A stretch of 64,000 nt of DNA from Promethearchaeia archaeon (GCA_029856105.1 JAHQWH010000193.1:32001-96000); one strand, 5' to 3'; shown: positions 9,635-19,750, counted from the stretch's first letter. Made by a program: numbers and translations. Notes: generated by a model from the letters alone, not told the origin.

Positions 9635-11149
9635 TTGTCTGAAGTATATAAAAAATTAGAAAATATCGTTAAAGAGAAATTCATCTCTAATAGTATTTAT
9701 GTCCGGCACGCGTATTCAAGAAATGTAGATCCCGTTTTACAAGGCGTACCTGATATAGTAATTAGACCGAAAGATGCTCAAGAGATTGCAGAAATTCTTA
9801 AAATTGCAAACATTGAAAATATCCCCGTTACACCTCGTGGAGGCGGGGATTGTGAATTCGGTGGAAGCAAACCCATAGGGGATGGTGGAATTGTATTAGA
9901 TATGAAAAGAATGAACGAGGTTATCAATTTAGACCAAGAAAATCTTATTGTAACCGTTGAAGCCGGAATTTCTTGGGGAAAATTAAACGAATACTTGTGT
10001 CATTATGGACTTTATACGGGTTGTATGGGACCGGGTTCCGGAATGACTGCGGCGATAGGAGGAGGAATATCTCATCATTCAGTAGGTGGAGGGGGGTGTG
10101 CGAAATATGGAGCCTGTACTAATCAATTGGTTTCATTGGAAGTAGTCCTTCCGACGGGTGATATCATAGAAACGGGCTCTCAAGCTAATAAGTACTCCAA
10201 ATTCCCATTCAATCGATTTGGTAATGGTCCTGATTTAGCGGGACTTTTCTGTGGTGACAATGGAATTTTTGGCGTGAAAACTAAAGTTTCGTTACAAATA
10301 TTTCCAAGACCACCATTCGCAGCATATAAAACATTTCAATTACCTCGAAAAGAGAGGGAAGTTTCGGCAAAAATAATGACTGACATTAGGCAAAAGGGAA
10401 TTGATGTTTACGATGTTATGTATATAATGGATCTTATTGTTAGAATAGGTTGTGAGCAAGGAATGTTTCCTTTTTGGGAAAACTTGAAAAAAAAGAGAGG
10501 TATAATCTTTTATACGATCGAAGCAAATTCGGAAAAAGAATTAGAGGAGAAAATAAAACAATTAGACGAAATTATGCTAAATAATAAGACAGAAAAATTA
10601 GATCCAGAAATTTCTGACGGGAACATGGCTAAATGGCATTATACTGAACAAGGTCATTGGCAATTCTATCATAACTTATGGGGCATGTCTCCCTGCATGG
10701 AACCATTAACAGCAGAATGTTTTAGCTCGATCAATTCATATCCTCCAATTTTAAACGACATTGACCAATGGGATATGGAACATAACGAAGATATGCAAAA
10801 AATTTTAAATATAACAAAAAGTCGTCCGATTGCAGGGAGTGGACCAATATTATTAATTGATGGAAATAACGTAGAAATAACATGTGGTTTTACTAGCTTT
10901 GGAAGTTATTTCGATGGAGAAATTCATGAAATTCTTAAGGAACTAGATTTAAAGCTCTGGAAATCGCTATTAGAAAGAGTGACAAAAAGCGGGGTTCAGT
11001 GGTATATGATGGGAGATTTTATGTCTCGTTTGATGGTCGATATTGGAGCTTATACGCCAGAGTATTATAATTTTATGAAATCAATAAAAAAAGTTCTTGA
11101 CCCTAAATCAATACTAAGTAGAGGAAAATTTAATTTTTGGGGGGATTGA
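9635..11149 (+). CDS. FAD-binding oxidoreductase, GlcD-like (copy 2)
   Basis: Close paralog of 7639..9156. Start moved to TTG 9635 (MSEVYKKLEN), which matches the paralog N-terminus and follows GAGG. Confidence 0.85.
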   Translation: MSEVYKKLENIVKEKFISNSIYVRHAYSRNVDPVLQGVPDIVIRPKDAQEIAEILKIANIENIPVTPRGGGDCEFGGSKPIGDGGIVLDMKRMNEVINLDQENLIVTVEAGISWGKLNEYLCHYGLYTGCMGPGSGMTAAIGGGISHHSVGGGGCAKYGACTNQLVSLEVVLPTGDIIETGSQANKYSKFPFNRFGNGPDLAGLFCGDNGIFGVKTKVSLQIFPRPPFAAYKTFQLPRKEREVSAKIMTDIRQKGIDVYDVMYIMDLIVRIGCEQGMFPFWENLKKKRGIIFYTIEANSEKELEEKIKQLDEIMLNNKTEKLDPEISDGNMAKWHYTEQGHWQFYHNLWGMSPCMEPLTAECFSSINSYPPILNDIDQWDMEHNEDMQKILNITKSRPIAGSGPILLIDGNNVEITCGFTSFGSYFDGEIHEILKELDLKLWKSLLERVTKSGVQWYMMGDFMSRLMVDIGAYTPEYYNFMKSIKKVLDPKSILSRGKFNFWGD

Positions 11150-11153
11150 AAAA

Positions 11154-12386
11154 ATGAGTGAGTTAAAACATTTAAAGAATGAATGGAAAGCCATATTCAG
11201 CTGTATGGGGTGCGGAGACTGTGGGTATGCCATAAGACCCGCAGTTGATAGATATTTAACTTGTCCGGTTTTAGAAGCTAAAGGAGAAGGAGGTTTTGAA
11301 ATTTATTTTGCTCGAGGAAGAATGAACGTTCTTAAAAGCATATTAGAAGGACAGATTCCTCTTTCCAGAGAGCTCGCAGAATTCGTTTACGAGTGTATGG
11401 AATGCGGAAATTGCACAGAAGTGTGTCATATGTCTCAAAACGAGTATATCGTTCTTAATACATCTAAATGGATCGACCATGTAAAAGTATGGGAAGCGTT
11501 ACGAAAAGATCTAATAGAAGCTGGATTCGCTCCCCTTGATAGACACGGTAAATTAATTGATTACATGAACGACGAAGGTATGAGAAATCCTTACGGCGAA
11601 GAAGAAGCAAAAAAATTCGAGTGGACAACCGAATTTCCGGAAATCAAGGATAAAGGAGATTTAGTGTTTTTTGGAGGGTGCACGATGCCTTTAAGACAAG
11701 TAGATGCATTGAAAAGTATGATGAAAATTTTAAAAGCTGCTGGAAAAGTTATCGCAATGTCTAAAAATGAGTGGTGCTGTGGTTCGGTTGCCTTAAGAAT
11801 CGGCGACGAAAAAGCTTTAACAGATATAATTAGGCATAACATAGAAGTTTTTAAGAATATGGGCGCTAAAACAGTCTTTACAGCGTGTGCAGGATGTTAT
11901 CGAACTTGGAAAAAGGATTATCCTGAATTGCTCGGTGAGGAATTACCGTTTGAAATAAAGCATATTACGGAAATTTTAGTTGAGATGTTAAATAATGACG
12001 AAATACCATTTAAATCCGTAGAAGGTTCGGAAATGATAACTTGGCACGATCCTTGCCATTTAGGCCGTCACATGGATCTTTACGAAATACCTAGAGAAGT
12101 ACTATCGAAAATTCCGGGAATTGAACTAGTAGAAATGAAAAGAAACCGTAAGAATGCCTGGTGTTGTGGAGCTGGAGGAGGCGTAAAAAGTCAATTTCCC
12201 GAATTAGCTCTTGACATCTCAAAAGAGAGAATTCAAGAAGCCATAGATACGGGCGCAAATATCTTAACTACGAGTTGTCCATTCTGTATTGGCAATTTTA
12301 GAGACGCTTATAAGGAAATGGAAACGGAAGTTCGAGAAAAAATTCAAGTTATTGATATAATTGATTTGATCGCAAATAAAATTTAA
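11154..12386 (+). CDS. Fe-S oxidoreductase, HdrD/GlcF-like (two 4Fe-4S motifs plus two CCG domains)
   Basis: CMGCGDC, CMECGNCTEVC, WCCG, CAGC, HDPCHL, CCGAGGG, SCPFC. Confidence 0.88.
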   Translation: MSELKHLKNEWKAIFSCMGCGDCGYAIRPAVDRYLTCPVLEAKGEGGFEIYFARGRMNVLKSILEGQIPLSRELAEFVYECMECGNCTEVCHMSQNEYIVLNTSKWIDHVKVWEALRKDLIEAGFAPLDRHGKLIDYMNDEGMRNPYGEEEAKKFEWTTEFPEIKDKGDLVFFGGCTMPLRQVDALKSMMKILKAAGKVIAMSKNEWCCGSVALRIGDEKALTDIIRHNIEVFKNMGAKTVFTACAGCYRTWKKDYPELLGEELPFEIKHITEILVEMLNNDEIPFKSVEGSEMITWHDPCHLGRHMDLYEIPREVLSKIPGIELVEMKRNRKNAWCCGAGGGVKSQFPELALDISKERIQEAIDTGANILTTSCPFCIGNFRDAYKEMETEVREKIQVIDIIDLIANKI

Positions 12387-12462
12387 AATATTAAATTTTT
12401 TTCTATTTCTACTTTTTATTAAGTATGGAAATATTCAAAAATGACCAAATTTTTTCCTTATT

Positions 12463-13140
12463 ATGGGGAATTTGGATATTTATCTACAACCTACTAAATT
12501 TTTTGATTTTAACAAGAAATTTGTTCGGGATAAAGCTTTTAAAATTACAGAAGGGTTAGAAACTGAAAAAGAAAAAGCAATTGCTCTTTTCTATTGGGTA
12601 AGAGATGAAATTAAATATAACATGCACACATATATTCCGTCAATAAAGGCAAATTTTAAAGCAAGCGTAACTCTACGACGAAAAAATGGTTTTTGCGTCT
12701 CAAAATCCGTACTATTATCTTCCTTTGCGAGGGCTATTGGAATTCCCGCGAGTATTCATTTAGTAGACTTGATAAATCATAAGATCTCTCAAAAAATTAT
12801 AGATTTTATGGGAACTAATGTCATGCATTATCATGGCTATAGCGAGCTTTATCTGAATAATAAATGGGTAAAATTAACGCCTTCATTTGACCCGAAAACA
12901 GCAATAAAGGGTGGTTTTATTCCTATGGTTGAATTCGATGGCGAAAACGACGCTGTTTTTGCTGTATACGATAATGAAGGTAAGCTATTTGGAGAATACA
13001 CCATGGATAGAGGGATACACGCAGATTTACCGCTTGAGGAAATTGAACGAGTATTTGAAGAAAAATATCCCATATTTTCTGAATATAAAAAAGGACTCCC
13101 TATTCTACCCGTAAAAGATAAAACTTTAACATATAAATAA
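12463..13140 (+). CDS. Transglutaminase-like protein
   Basis: LFYWVRDEIKY, GFCVSKSVLL (catalytic Cys), HGYSELYLNNKW. Confidence 0.85.
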   Translation: MGNLDIYLQPTKFFDFNKKFVRDKAFKITEGLETEKEKAIALFYWVRDEIKYNMHTYIPSIKANFKASVTLRRKNGFCVSKSVLLSSFARAIGIPASIHLVDLINHKISQKIIDFMGTNVMHYHGYSELYLNNKWVKLTPSFDPKTAIKGGFIPMVEFDGENDAVFAVYDNEGKLFGEYTMDRGIHADLPLEEIERVFEEKYPIFSEYKKGLPILPVKDKTLTYK

Positions 13141-13149
13141 AATAGAAAT

Positions 13150-14076
13150 TTAACTAAAATAGCTTTCTTTTAAACCTAATTCTCGTAAATATATTTTAAA
13201 TTTACCTAATTTTCCCTCATAGTTTCCGGCAGAAATCTTAAGCAAGCCATCCATGTCTAAAATTCCTTCTATTACTTTTGCCATTGTTAACTCAACGGTT
13301 TCAAGATCAAGGGCGTTGAAAATTATTTCAGGAATAGATAAAGCTCCTTCAGGAACCTCAAATTCTTCTGGGGATAATTTATCTTTCAACGTTGGGCAGA
13401 AAGGATGATTTGTAGGTGGTCCAATCTCAGGAAATTTAGCATCTGCTGGAACTGGTTTAGATCCTGCTGAACATATGTCAAAAGTGGTGCATACATTGTT
13501 TAATCCTGCGATAATTCTTACGGCTTCTCGCCCTACCTTGATACCCGAATCGACAGAATCGCAAAATAACCATAAATTTCCCCCCATTATTCCTTTCGCA
13601 TAAGATATTTCTTCTTCAATTAAAAAATCGAAACCCATCATAATCGGAACTGAAATTAGCTTTCGATCGAATTTTTCAACTATTTCTTCGTATCCATCTC
13701 CGCAATGTCCCACATTATCCATCATATTAAATTTAGTATCAATTTTTTTAGGATAATAATCAAAAACGGCCGTGGTTGGAACTACAAGAATACCTTGTCT
13801 CATTCTCCTTCCTAATTGTTCGTAGAATTTAGCTTGAGCTTTTTTTCCCGTACCAGTGACCCACAATTGAACGATTGCCCCTAATCTTCCATCAATTGTC
13901 TCTTTTTCAGAAAGCCACCTTACGATCCCCCCTTCAGCATCTCCAAAAACCGTAGAAGGTAACGCAGTGAAGGCATTTACGGCTCTATTTAGGAATTCAG
14001 CATCTTGAGCAGTCACCATTAACTGAATAACAAGGCCTTCAAAAGCTTCACAATAAGTATTATCAATAATCGTCAT
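13150..14076 (-). CDS. ftr: Formylmethanofuran--tetrahydromethanopterin formyltransferase
   Basis: IDNTYCEAF, VPTTAVF, GDGYE, GIMGGN, SAGSK, TNHPFCPTL, ISAGNYEGKLG. Confidence 0.9.
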   Translation of the reverse strand: MTIIDNTYCEAFEGLVIQLMVTAQDAEFLNRAVNAFTALPSTVFGDAEGGIVRWLSEKETIDGRLGAIVQLWVTGTGKKAQAKFYEQLGRRMRQGILVVPTTAVFDYYPKKIDTKFNMMDNVGHCGDGYEEIVEKFDRKLISVPIMMGFDFLIEEEISYAKGIMGGNLWLFCDSVDSGIKVGREAVRIIAGLNNVCTTFDICSAGSKPVPADAKFPEIGPPTNHPFCPTLKDKLSPEEFEVPEGALSIPEIIFNALDLETVELTMAKVIEGILDMDGLLKISAGNYEGKLGKFKIYLRELGLKESYFS

Positions 14077-14224
14077 TTTATAAATTCACTATTTAAATTC
14101 TCATAATTCTAAGATAATATCAAAATGTTTTGATTAGATAAAAATTTAAAATCAAATGCTTATTAACTAGTAATTAATATTAAGTATAATTTTAATATGA
14201 AAAAATATACTGTGAATGAATATT

Positions 14225-15148
14225 ATGCCAGTTGGAATATATCTCTATGAAATTGACGAATCATTTGGACCAAATGTATTAGCAGAATATTATTTGGCTC
14301 AAGAAAATAAAATTGATCTAGAAATTTTAAAAGAATTCGAAGAACAACACATCCAAAAAGAATTTTTGGATACAATATGTTGGAGAGAAGATTTAAGGTT
14401 TTACTCATCAAAGATAAGTGCAGAATCTATTGAAAGAGACAATCTCTTTTTAGGTTTCGTCTTTAAAAAAGACGAGGACTTAGTTTCTTTGAAGAGTATA
14501 CTCGATAACATCGCTGCTAAAGTTGTTGAAGAATTTTCAAAGGAGAAAGGAAAATTAGAAGCGTTGCTTAAAAAAGAATTTGATTCCATTTTCACTTTAA
14601 TGGAAAAATTAAAAGAACCGACTCTGATTAAAGAAACCATCAATGATAAAACTAAAAAAATGCTTGACAACGGAAAGTTGCAAGAAGCTAGAGAATTAAT
14701 CAATTTAGGTGAAGACATTCCTGAGAAGTTGTCAGAGGAGATCAAACTTGCTGAGCAATTATTAATTGATAAATTTTATAAAAAGGCTAGGAAAAGCTTT
14801 CTTAAAGCTGCTGAATTAGCCAATATCATCCAAGAAAACGATGTTGTCTTGTTTTTGACAAGCAAAGCTGACCAAGTAGTAAAATTTCCCGAATTAATTA
14901 AAGATCGCGAAAAGATACATGGAGATATGGAAAAAAAAATTGAGGAGTTCCAACAAAATAAGCTTCATCTATATCACGAGTTAATCAGACCTGTAGATGC
15001 TTTAATAAATATTTCAAATTCGTTTGAGAATCACGAATTAACAATGAGTTTAACTGAATTGTTAAAGAATTTCAAGAGAGCAGACCAACTAGCAAAGGAA
15101 TTATTTAATTTAGATACAAAAATTAAAGAAAATTTCGAAAAACTTTAA
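14225..15148 (+). CDS. Hypothetical protein, N-terminal longin/uDENN-like segment plus helical C-terminus
   Basis: MPVGIYLYEIDESFGPNVLAEYY beta-hairpin/GP pattern; remainder is helical/TPR-like. Start may be 14216. Confidence 0.6.
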   Translation: MPVGIYLYEIDESFGPNVLAEYYLAQENKIDLEILKEFEEQHIQKEFLDTICWREDLRFYSSKISAESIERDNLFLGFVFKKDEDLVSLKSILDNIAAKVVEEFSKEKGKLEALLKKEFDSIFTLMEKLKEPTLIKETINDKTKKMLDNGKLQEARELINLGEDIPEKLSEEIKLAEQLLIDKFYKKARKSFLKAAELANIIQENDVVLFLTSKADQVVKFPELIKDREKIHGDMEKKIEEFQQNKLHLYHELIRPVDALINISNSFENHELTMSLTELLKNFKRADQLAKELFNLDTKIKENFEKL

Positions 15149-15184
15149 TTATTTTTAAATTAAAAAAGAGATGTTTTAAGCTTT

Positions 15185-17014
15185 TTATAATTCAGTATCC
15201 TCTGAAGGTTCTTCAACTTGAGGAGGGACATATTCTCCAATATCGGTGAAAATTATCTTTGCAATATTCCATCCTTCTTTAGTTGGGGATTTTAACGCAT
15301 TTGCTATTAAATTTTCTCCTAACTCGTTGTTCAACTCTACTTTATGAATATCTTTATTGTTTTGCAAAATCATGTCAAATTTCGCACCGCCGCTACCCGT
15401 TGGCACGATTAGTATAGCTGAATCAATAGCTTTTTGATCAATTGCATCTTTCAATCTTTTAGCTGCGTAATAACCAGCAACCCCTGCACTTCTATCGAAA
15501 TTCTTGCAGGAAGGTATTTCTAAACCCCATTTTTTACCACCAGTTTCAATTAAAGCAGCTAAAGTTTGAGATTTCTTGCCAAGCATAAATTTATATTCCA
15601 TTTGAGTTTTAAATTTTTTTCCTTTTTGATCTCCTACGTTATCAATACATTTTAGTGCGGCACCCGCAACCGATTGAGGATTAACATCAATAGCATATTC
15701 CTCTTCCGCTAATATTTCTTCAATAGTCCTTTTAATAATTTCTCTAGGCTTCGAAAAATCTATTACTTCTTCCTCTTCTGTTTGCGGTTTTGCTGTTGCT
15801 ACCATATCTATGCCTGCCTCTAATAATTCTTCTACGCTCATTTCGTCAGTCACAATTTTCTCAATAAATCTCCTGCAAAGTTTGATTGAATTCCTTGGAT
15901 TTCCTTGAGTCTTTTCGTAAATCATCTCAATTAATTTTTCGTTTAATGGAAATAACGGGTATAATGGAGGATTTAAATTATTATCTTCCCAAAAGACTTC
16001 CATAGACTTACTAAAGTAAATTTTTAAATCGTTCAAACTAAAAGGTTTTAACTCTTGTTCAGGTTCCATCCTTGAGCGTAGTGGTTGATCTGCGATCTCT
16101 AAAATACGTGGCCAGATTTCTTTTAAAACAGCAACAACGATAACCAAACTTTTAACTTCATTATATAATCGTTTTAATATTTCAAGCAATTTTTGTTCTG
16201 CAAGTTCGCCATGCATCCTATAAGGAGACTCTAACTCGTCAAAATAAAGAATAAGCACTCTATCTAAATTTTCAGTAATAATTTTAATCATGGCAAGGCA
16301 TACATCGTCCTCTTCCACAACTGAATTAATTCCAAGTTCACTCAATTCTTCGTCTTGTAAGTCTTCACCGAGAAGCCATCTTTCAGCAAGACCTCTTTTA
16401 TTTTTATCTAATTGATAAGTTACAAGGGCCTTAACACAATCAGCAAATACTCCAGGGAATTCTCTTATGCCTATTTGAATAACTTCATCGATTTTAGGTT
16501 TCTGAAACAATCCCCCCTTTTTACCTCCCCATTTTTCTCTAACTAGTTTTTTTGAGACGATATCGAGAATTTCTGGTCCACATTCTTCAATAATGCAAGT
16601 ATATACGTGGAGTAAAACTCGAATTGCCGCAGGTGGGCTCGGTACATAAACTATTGTCCAATCAACTGGTTCCAGTTGACTCGCCTCTATTTCTTCTGCT
16701 TCAACAGTTTGTTCTATCTTTCTTTTATTTTCTCTCTCTTTGTCCTTAAATGAATGGTAGGCGTGAGTTTTTCCTGTGCCCGCTGAACCTAACAACGGTA
16801 ACATTCTACTTGATTTATCGCGCGATGTCTGGCGTACTAATCTATAAACTTCACGATCAATATAACTTCTTGGCCTACTTATATCAATTTTGTCGGGGAT
16901 ATCTCCTCGTGAGACAAAATTGCTGAATGGCAAGATCGGGGCTTCTCTTAGAACATCTAAATACATTTCTTTATCGTCGTCACTTAATTCTGAATAAATA
17001 AAAATCAACTCCAT
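15185..17014 (-). CDS. AAA+ P-loop ATPase with uncharacterised C-terminal domain
   Basis: Walker A GSAGTGKT, Walker B LILYFDE, LRSRM (arginine finger), GNPR (sensor-2). Confidence 0.8.
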   Translation of the reverse strand: MELIFIYSELSDDDKEMYLDVLREAPILPFSNFVSRGDIPDKIDISRPRSYIDREVYRLVRQTSRDKSSRMLPLLGSAGTGKTHAYHSFKDKERENKRKIEQTVEAEEIEASQLEPVDWTIVYVPSPPAAIRVLLHVYTCIIEECGPEILDIVSKKLVREKWGGKKGGLFQKPKIDEVIQIGIREFPGVFADCVKALVTYQLDKNKRGLAERWLLGEDLQDEELSELGINSVVEEDDVCLAMIKIITENLDRVLILYFDELESPYRMHGELAEQKLLEILKRLYNEVKSLVIVVAVLKEIWPRILEIADQPLRSRMEPEQELKPFSLNDLKIYFSKSMEVFWEDNNLNPPLYPLFPLNEKLIEMIYEKTQGNPRNSIKLCRRFIEKIVTDEMSVEELLEAGIDMVATAKPQTEEEEVIDFSKPREIIKRTIEEILAEEEYAIDVNPQSVAGAALKCIDNVGDQKGKKFKTQMEYKFMLGKKSQTLAALIETGGKKWGLEIPSCKNFDRSAGVAGYYAAKRLKDAIDQKAIDSAILIVPTGSGGAKFDMILQNNKDIHKVELNNELGENLIANALKSPTKEGWNIAKIIFTDIGEYVPPQVEEPSEDTEL

Positions 17015-17191
17015 TTAATTACTTTAAATATTATGTATCAAATTTTTTGATTGGAATAACTTTATTAAACTAAACAATTTTTTCTAGAATAAAAGCTATT
17101 ATGTTTATAGCTTTAGTATTTATATTTAAATCTATATTTAAAAATTTAAGTGTAATTAATATCTACATATATTTTACTAGGATGTGATACT

Positions 17192-17860
17192 ATGCCGGGA
17201 AAAGACGATTACGAGGACGAAGAAGAAGATGAAGAAGATGAATACAATGACATTTTTAATATGATTAAAGGTTTTGGGGGTCCCAACAACCCTTTCAAAA
17301 ATTTAGACCCTGCCAAATTATTTAATTCAAAAGAATTTCAGAAAATGTTTAAAGAAATTTTTAAACAAATCTCAAAAAATTTACCAAAAGATTTACAAGG
17401 ACTCACACCAGAAGATTTTACAAAAGAATTAATGAAAAATAAATCTAAAGTTGGAGCTAAAGGGCCAATAATATATGGATTCAATATCGGGATCGGTCCA
17501 GACGGAAAACCTAGTATGGGTTCGTTCGGTAATATTGAAAAGGAACCCCTTACAGGCGAAACCAAAGTAAGAAAGACGAGAGAACCACTAGTGGAAGTGA
17601 ATGAAGAGGAAGACCAAATCATAGTTATTGCTGAAATGCCGGGAGTGAGAAAAGAAGATATTGAAATAAACGCTACAAACCGATCTCTAACTATTTCTAC
17701 CGAAAAAATTGTTTTAGGGAGGAAATATTACAAAGAGATAGAATTGCCAAACGCTATTAACTCTGATTACGCTAAGGCTCGCTATACCAATGGGATTCTT
17801 GAGATCAAGTTGAAAAAATTAAAAGGAAAAGAAAAAGGAACAAGTATTGAAATCGATTAA
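17192..17860 (+). CDS. hsp20: Archaeal small heat shock protein Hsp20
   Basis: GPIIYGFNIGIGPDGKP..FGN, REPLVEV, AEMPGV, ARYTNGILEI. Confidence 0.92.
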   Translation: MPGKDDYEDEEEDEEDEYNDIFNMIKGFGGPNNPFKNLDPAKLFNSKEFQKMFKEIFKQISKNLPKDLQGLTPEDFTKELMKNKSKVGAKGPIIYGFNIGIGPDGKPSMGSFGNIEKEPLTGETKVRKTREPLVEVNEEEDQIIVIAEMPGVRKEDIEINATNRSLTISTEKIVLGRKYYKEIELPNAINSDYAKARYTNGILEIKLKKLKGKEKGTSIEID

Positions 17861-18027
17861 GAAATTTTAAGAAATATCAATATTATTTCTATAAATCTAC
17901 AACTAAAACAAAAAGATCGTGAAACGCCAATTTCACGCCCTTGAATATATCAAATAGTGCTATTCTAATTCATACATAAATATTATATTCAAATCAAAAA
18001 ATACTTTAAATTAAAGAAATAGATTCA

Positions 18028-18978
18028 TCAAATCTGTTTAAGGATGGTTTCTTTTATATCATCAATAAAGGATTTGTTTAACACATTATCCTTTTCGAAA
18101 ATTTGAGGATATTTGAACCCAGCTCGATCTTTATGACCTCCTCCTGTAAAAGCCCTCGCAAAATCCCTACAGTTAATAAAATCGCTATGGATTATAATTT
18201 CATTGTGTCGAGTATCAACCCCAATACGAGCTTTTGCTTCGGGAAATTTCTCTTTCAATAAATTAGCTATCTTTCCTCCGCCAATTTTTGCCCATGAAAT
18301 AATTATTTTACCAAAAGATTTCATTGGAATAGATTTAGCGTGATTTAAAGCAAAAGTAGACTCGTCTTCGTGCCATTTTTTTAAAATTTTTAGTTGCGAA
18401 CTAAACCAAGAGTTCTCAAAATCGCCTTGAGACAATAATTCAACTATTCTAAGTTTATTTTGATCGTTATGAGCTCCACGGTTAAAACCGATAATTAACT
18501 GCAAATCTGATGCTAATTTATATATATCAGTCCTAAAATCAGTATCTCTAGCAAATTCAGCGATCTTTGAGGCGATAGGGTCATCTGGTAAATAATAATC
18601 TTTAACGATTTCAGCAGCACATTTTTTAGTGTCATTTGAGTAAATATGAACTAAATTTCTTAGTTTTTCTTTTGTTAAATCGTCTACAATGTGATGATCG
18701 AACCACGATATCTTACATTCTCGTTTTTTCGCATTTTTGAAAACAGAGAACAAATCTACAAAATCTTCGTTAAATCCTATATCAGAAATTATTAGTTGTG
18801 AAGGGAGAGATTCTGAATCTAAGATATTGCTAACTTTTTCAACGAAATCAATGTAATGAGCGTAAAAACATCTGATCTCATCTGGATGGATTTCTCGGTT
18901 TAAATTGAAATATCGTTGAATAATTGCTTGTGACCCTAATCCATCGAGATCATGTTCATGAGTAATAGAAACGATCAT
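18028..18978 (-). CDS. DHH/DHHA1 family phosphoesterase
   Basis: HEHDLDG, ISD, FDHH, GGGHKDRAG. Confidence 0.88.
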   Translation of the reverse strand: MIVSITHEHDLDGLGSQAIIQRYFNLNREIHPDEIRCFYAHYIDFVEKVSNILDSESLPSQLIISDIGFNEDFVDLFSVFKNAKKRECKISWFDHHIVDDLTKEKLRNLVHIYSNDTKKCAAEIVKDYYLPDDPIASKIAEFARDTDFRTDIYKLASDLQLIIGFNRGAHNDQNKLRIVELLSQGDFENSWFSSQLKILKKWHEDESTFALNHAKSIPMKSFGKIIISWAKIGGGKIANLLKEKFPEAKARIGVDTRHNEIIIHSDFINCRDFARAFTGGGHKDRAGFKYPQIFEKDNVLNKSFIDDIKETILKQI

Positions 18979-19043
18979 TCTTAGTTAACTTCTCAATAAA
19001 ATTTATTAAATTATAAGAGTAAAGATGTTTTTTAAATTTTAAC

Positions 19044-19496
19044 TTAAAATAAATCCAAATACGGTCTAACTTTTTTCTTATTTTGAGGATCTTTTACCGA
19101 TTCTAATATCTTTTTCGCTAATTGCTTTTTTTTTTCGTAATATATTTTCATGTACTCTTCTTTAGTTTTATCGGGATATCTCTTTTCTAAGGCTGGATCT
19201 CTTCTGGGGCAACCTCCTCTTCGCATACAACAATACGAAATAGAGCCAAAACAAACTAAATCAGAATCCCAGTCATTATCTTTTGAAAATTCTTCCTTTA
19301 TTTTAATAAATTCTTCTTGACTTATCCCCAACTCTTTTAATGTTTCATCTCTCTTGCACTTAAAGCCAAAGGTGAGAGAATAGCCTGGTTTACAGCAAAA
19401 AGTTAACCCTCGATAATCTGCATCCATACATATGTGAATAGGTGCATTCTCCCATCCTGTTACATCTCGAAGTTTGTCTGGATCTAATTCAACCAT
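19044..19496 (-). CDS. Methanogenesis marker 9 domain protein (stand-alone, Cys-rich)
   Basis: WENAPIHIC..DYRGLTFCC and CFGSISYCC...CPRRD match my recollection of the marker-9 domain pattern. Confidence 0.75.
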   Translation of the reverse strand: MVELDPDKLRDVTGWENAPIHICMDADYRGLTFCCKPGYSLTFGFKCKRDETLKELGISQEEFIKIKEEFSKDNDWDSDLVCFGSISYCCMRRGGCPRRDPALEKRYPDKTKEEYMKIYYEKKKQLAKKILESVKDPQNKKKVRPYLDLF

Positions 19497-19633
19497 GATA
19501 TAAAATAAATCCCCATCCTAAAATTGAATAAGTAAATTCACTAAAAGATATTAATTTTCTACTTTATAGGTTATAAAAAAGAATGTAAGTAAAAAAGTTG
19601 AATTTATTAATTATAAGAGGGCTCGGAGGGGGA

Positions 19634-19663
19634 TTTTCATACTGCTGATAAATTCAACAATAT
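19634..19663 (-). other. tRNA-His intron 3 (position 59/60, 30 nt)
   Basis: Strict BHB: T-stem, central helix TTCA/TGAA, bulges AT|A and AA|T, inner stem TATTGTTGA/TCAGCAGTA. Confidence 0.85.
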
Positions 19664-19676
19664 ATTGAACCCCCCT

Positions 19677-19707
19677 TTCCCCAATACAAGAGAATTCCCT
19701 TGTATTT
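19677..19707 (-). other. tRNA-His intron 2 (position 45/46, 31 nt)
   Basis: Central helix CCCT/GGGG, bulges AG|A and AA|A, inner hairpin AATACAAGGG/CTCTTGTATT. Confidence 0.8.
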
Positions 19708-19720
19708 CTAGGGATTCACA

Positions 19721-19750
19721 GTGGGGATTCTCGAAAGAACCTCAAGATTT
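19721..19750 (-). other. tRNA-His intron 1 (position 32/33, 30 nt)
   Basis: Central helix GGGG/CCCC, 3-nt bulges AC|A and AC|T, inner hairpin TCTTGAG/TTCGAGA. Confidence 0.8.
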
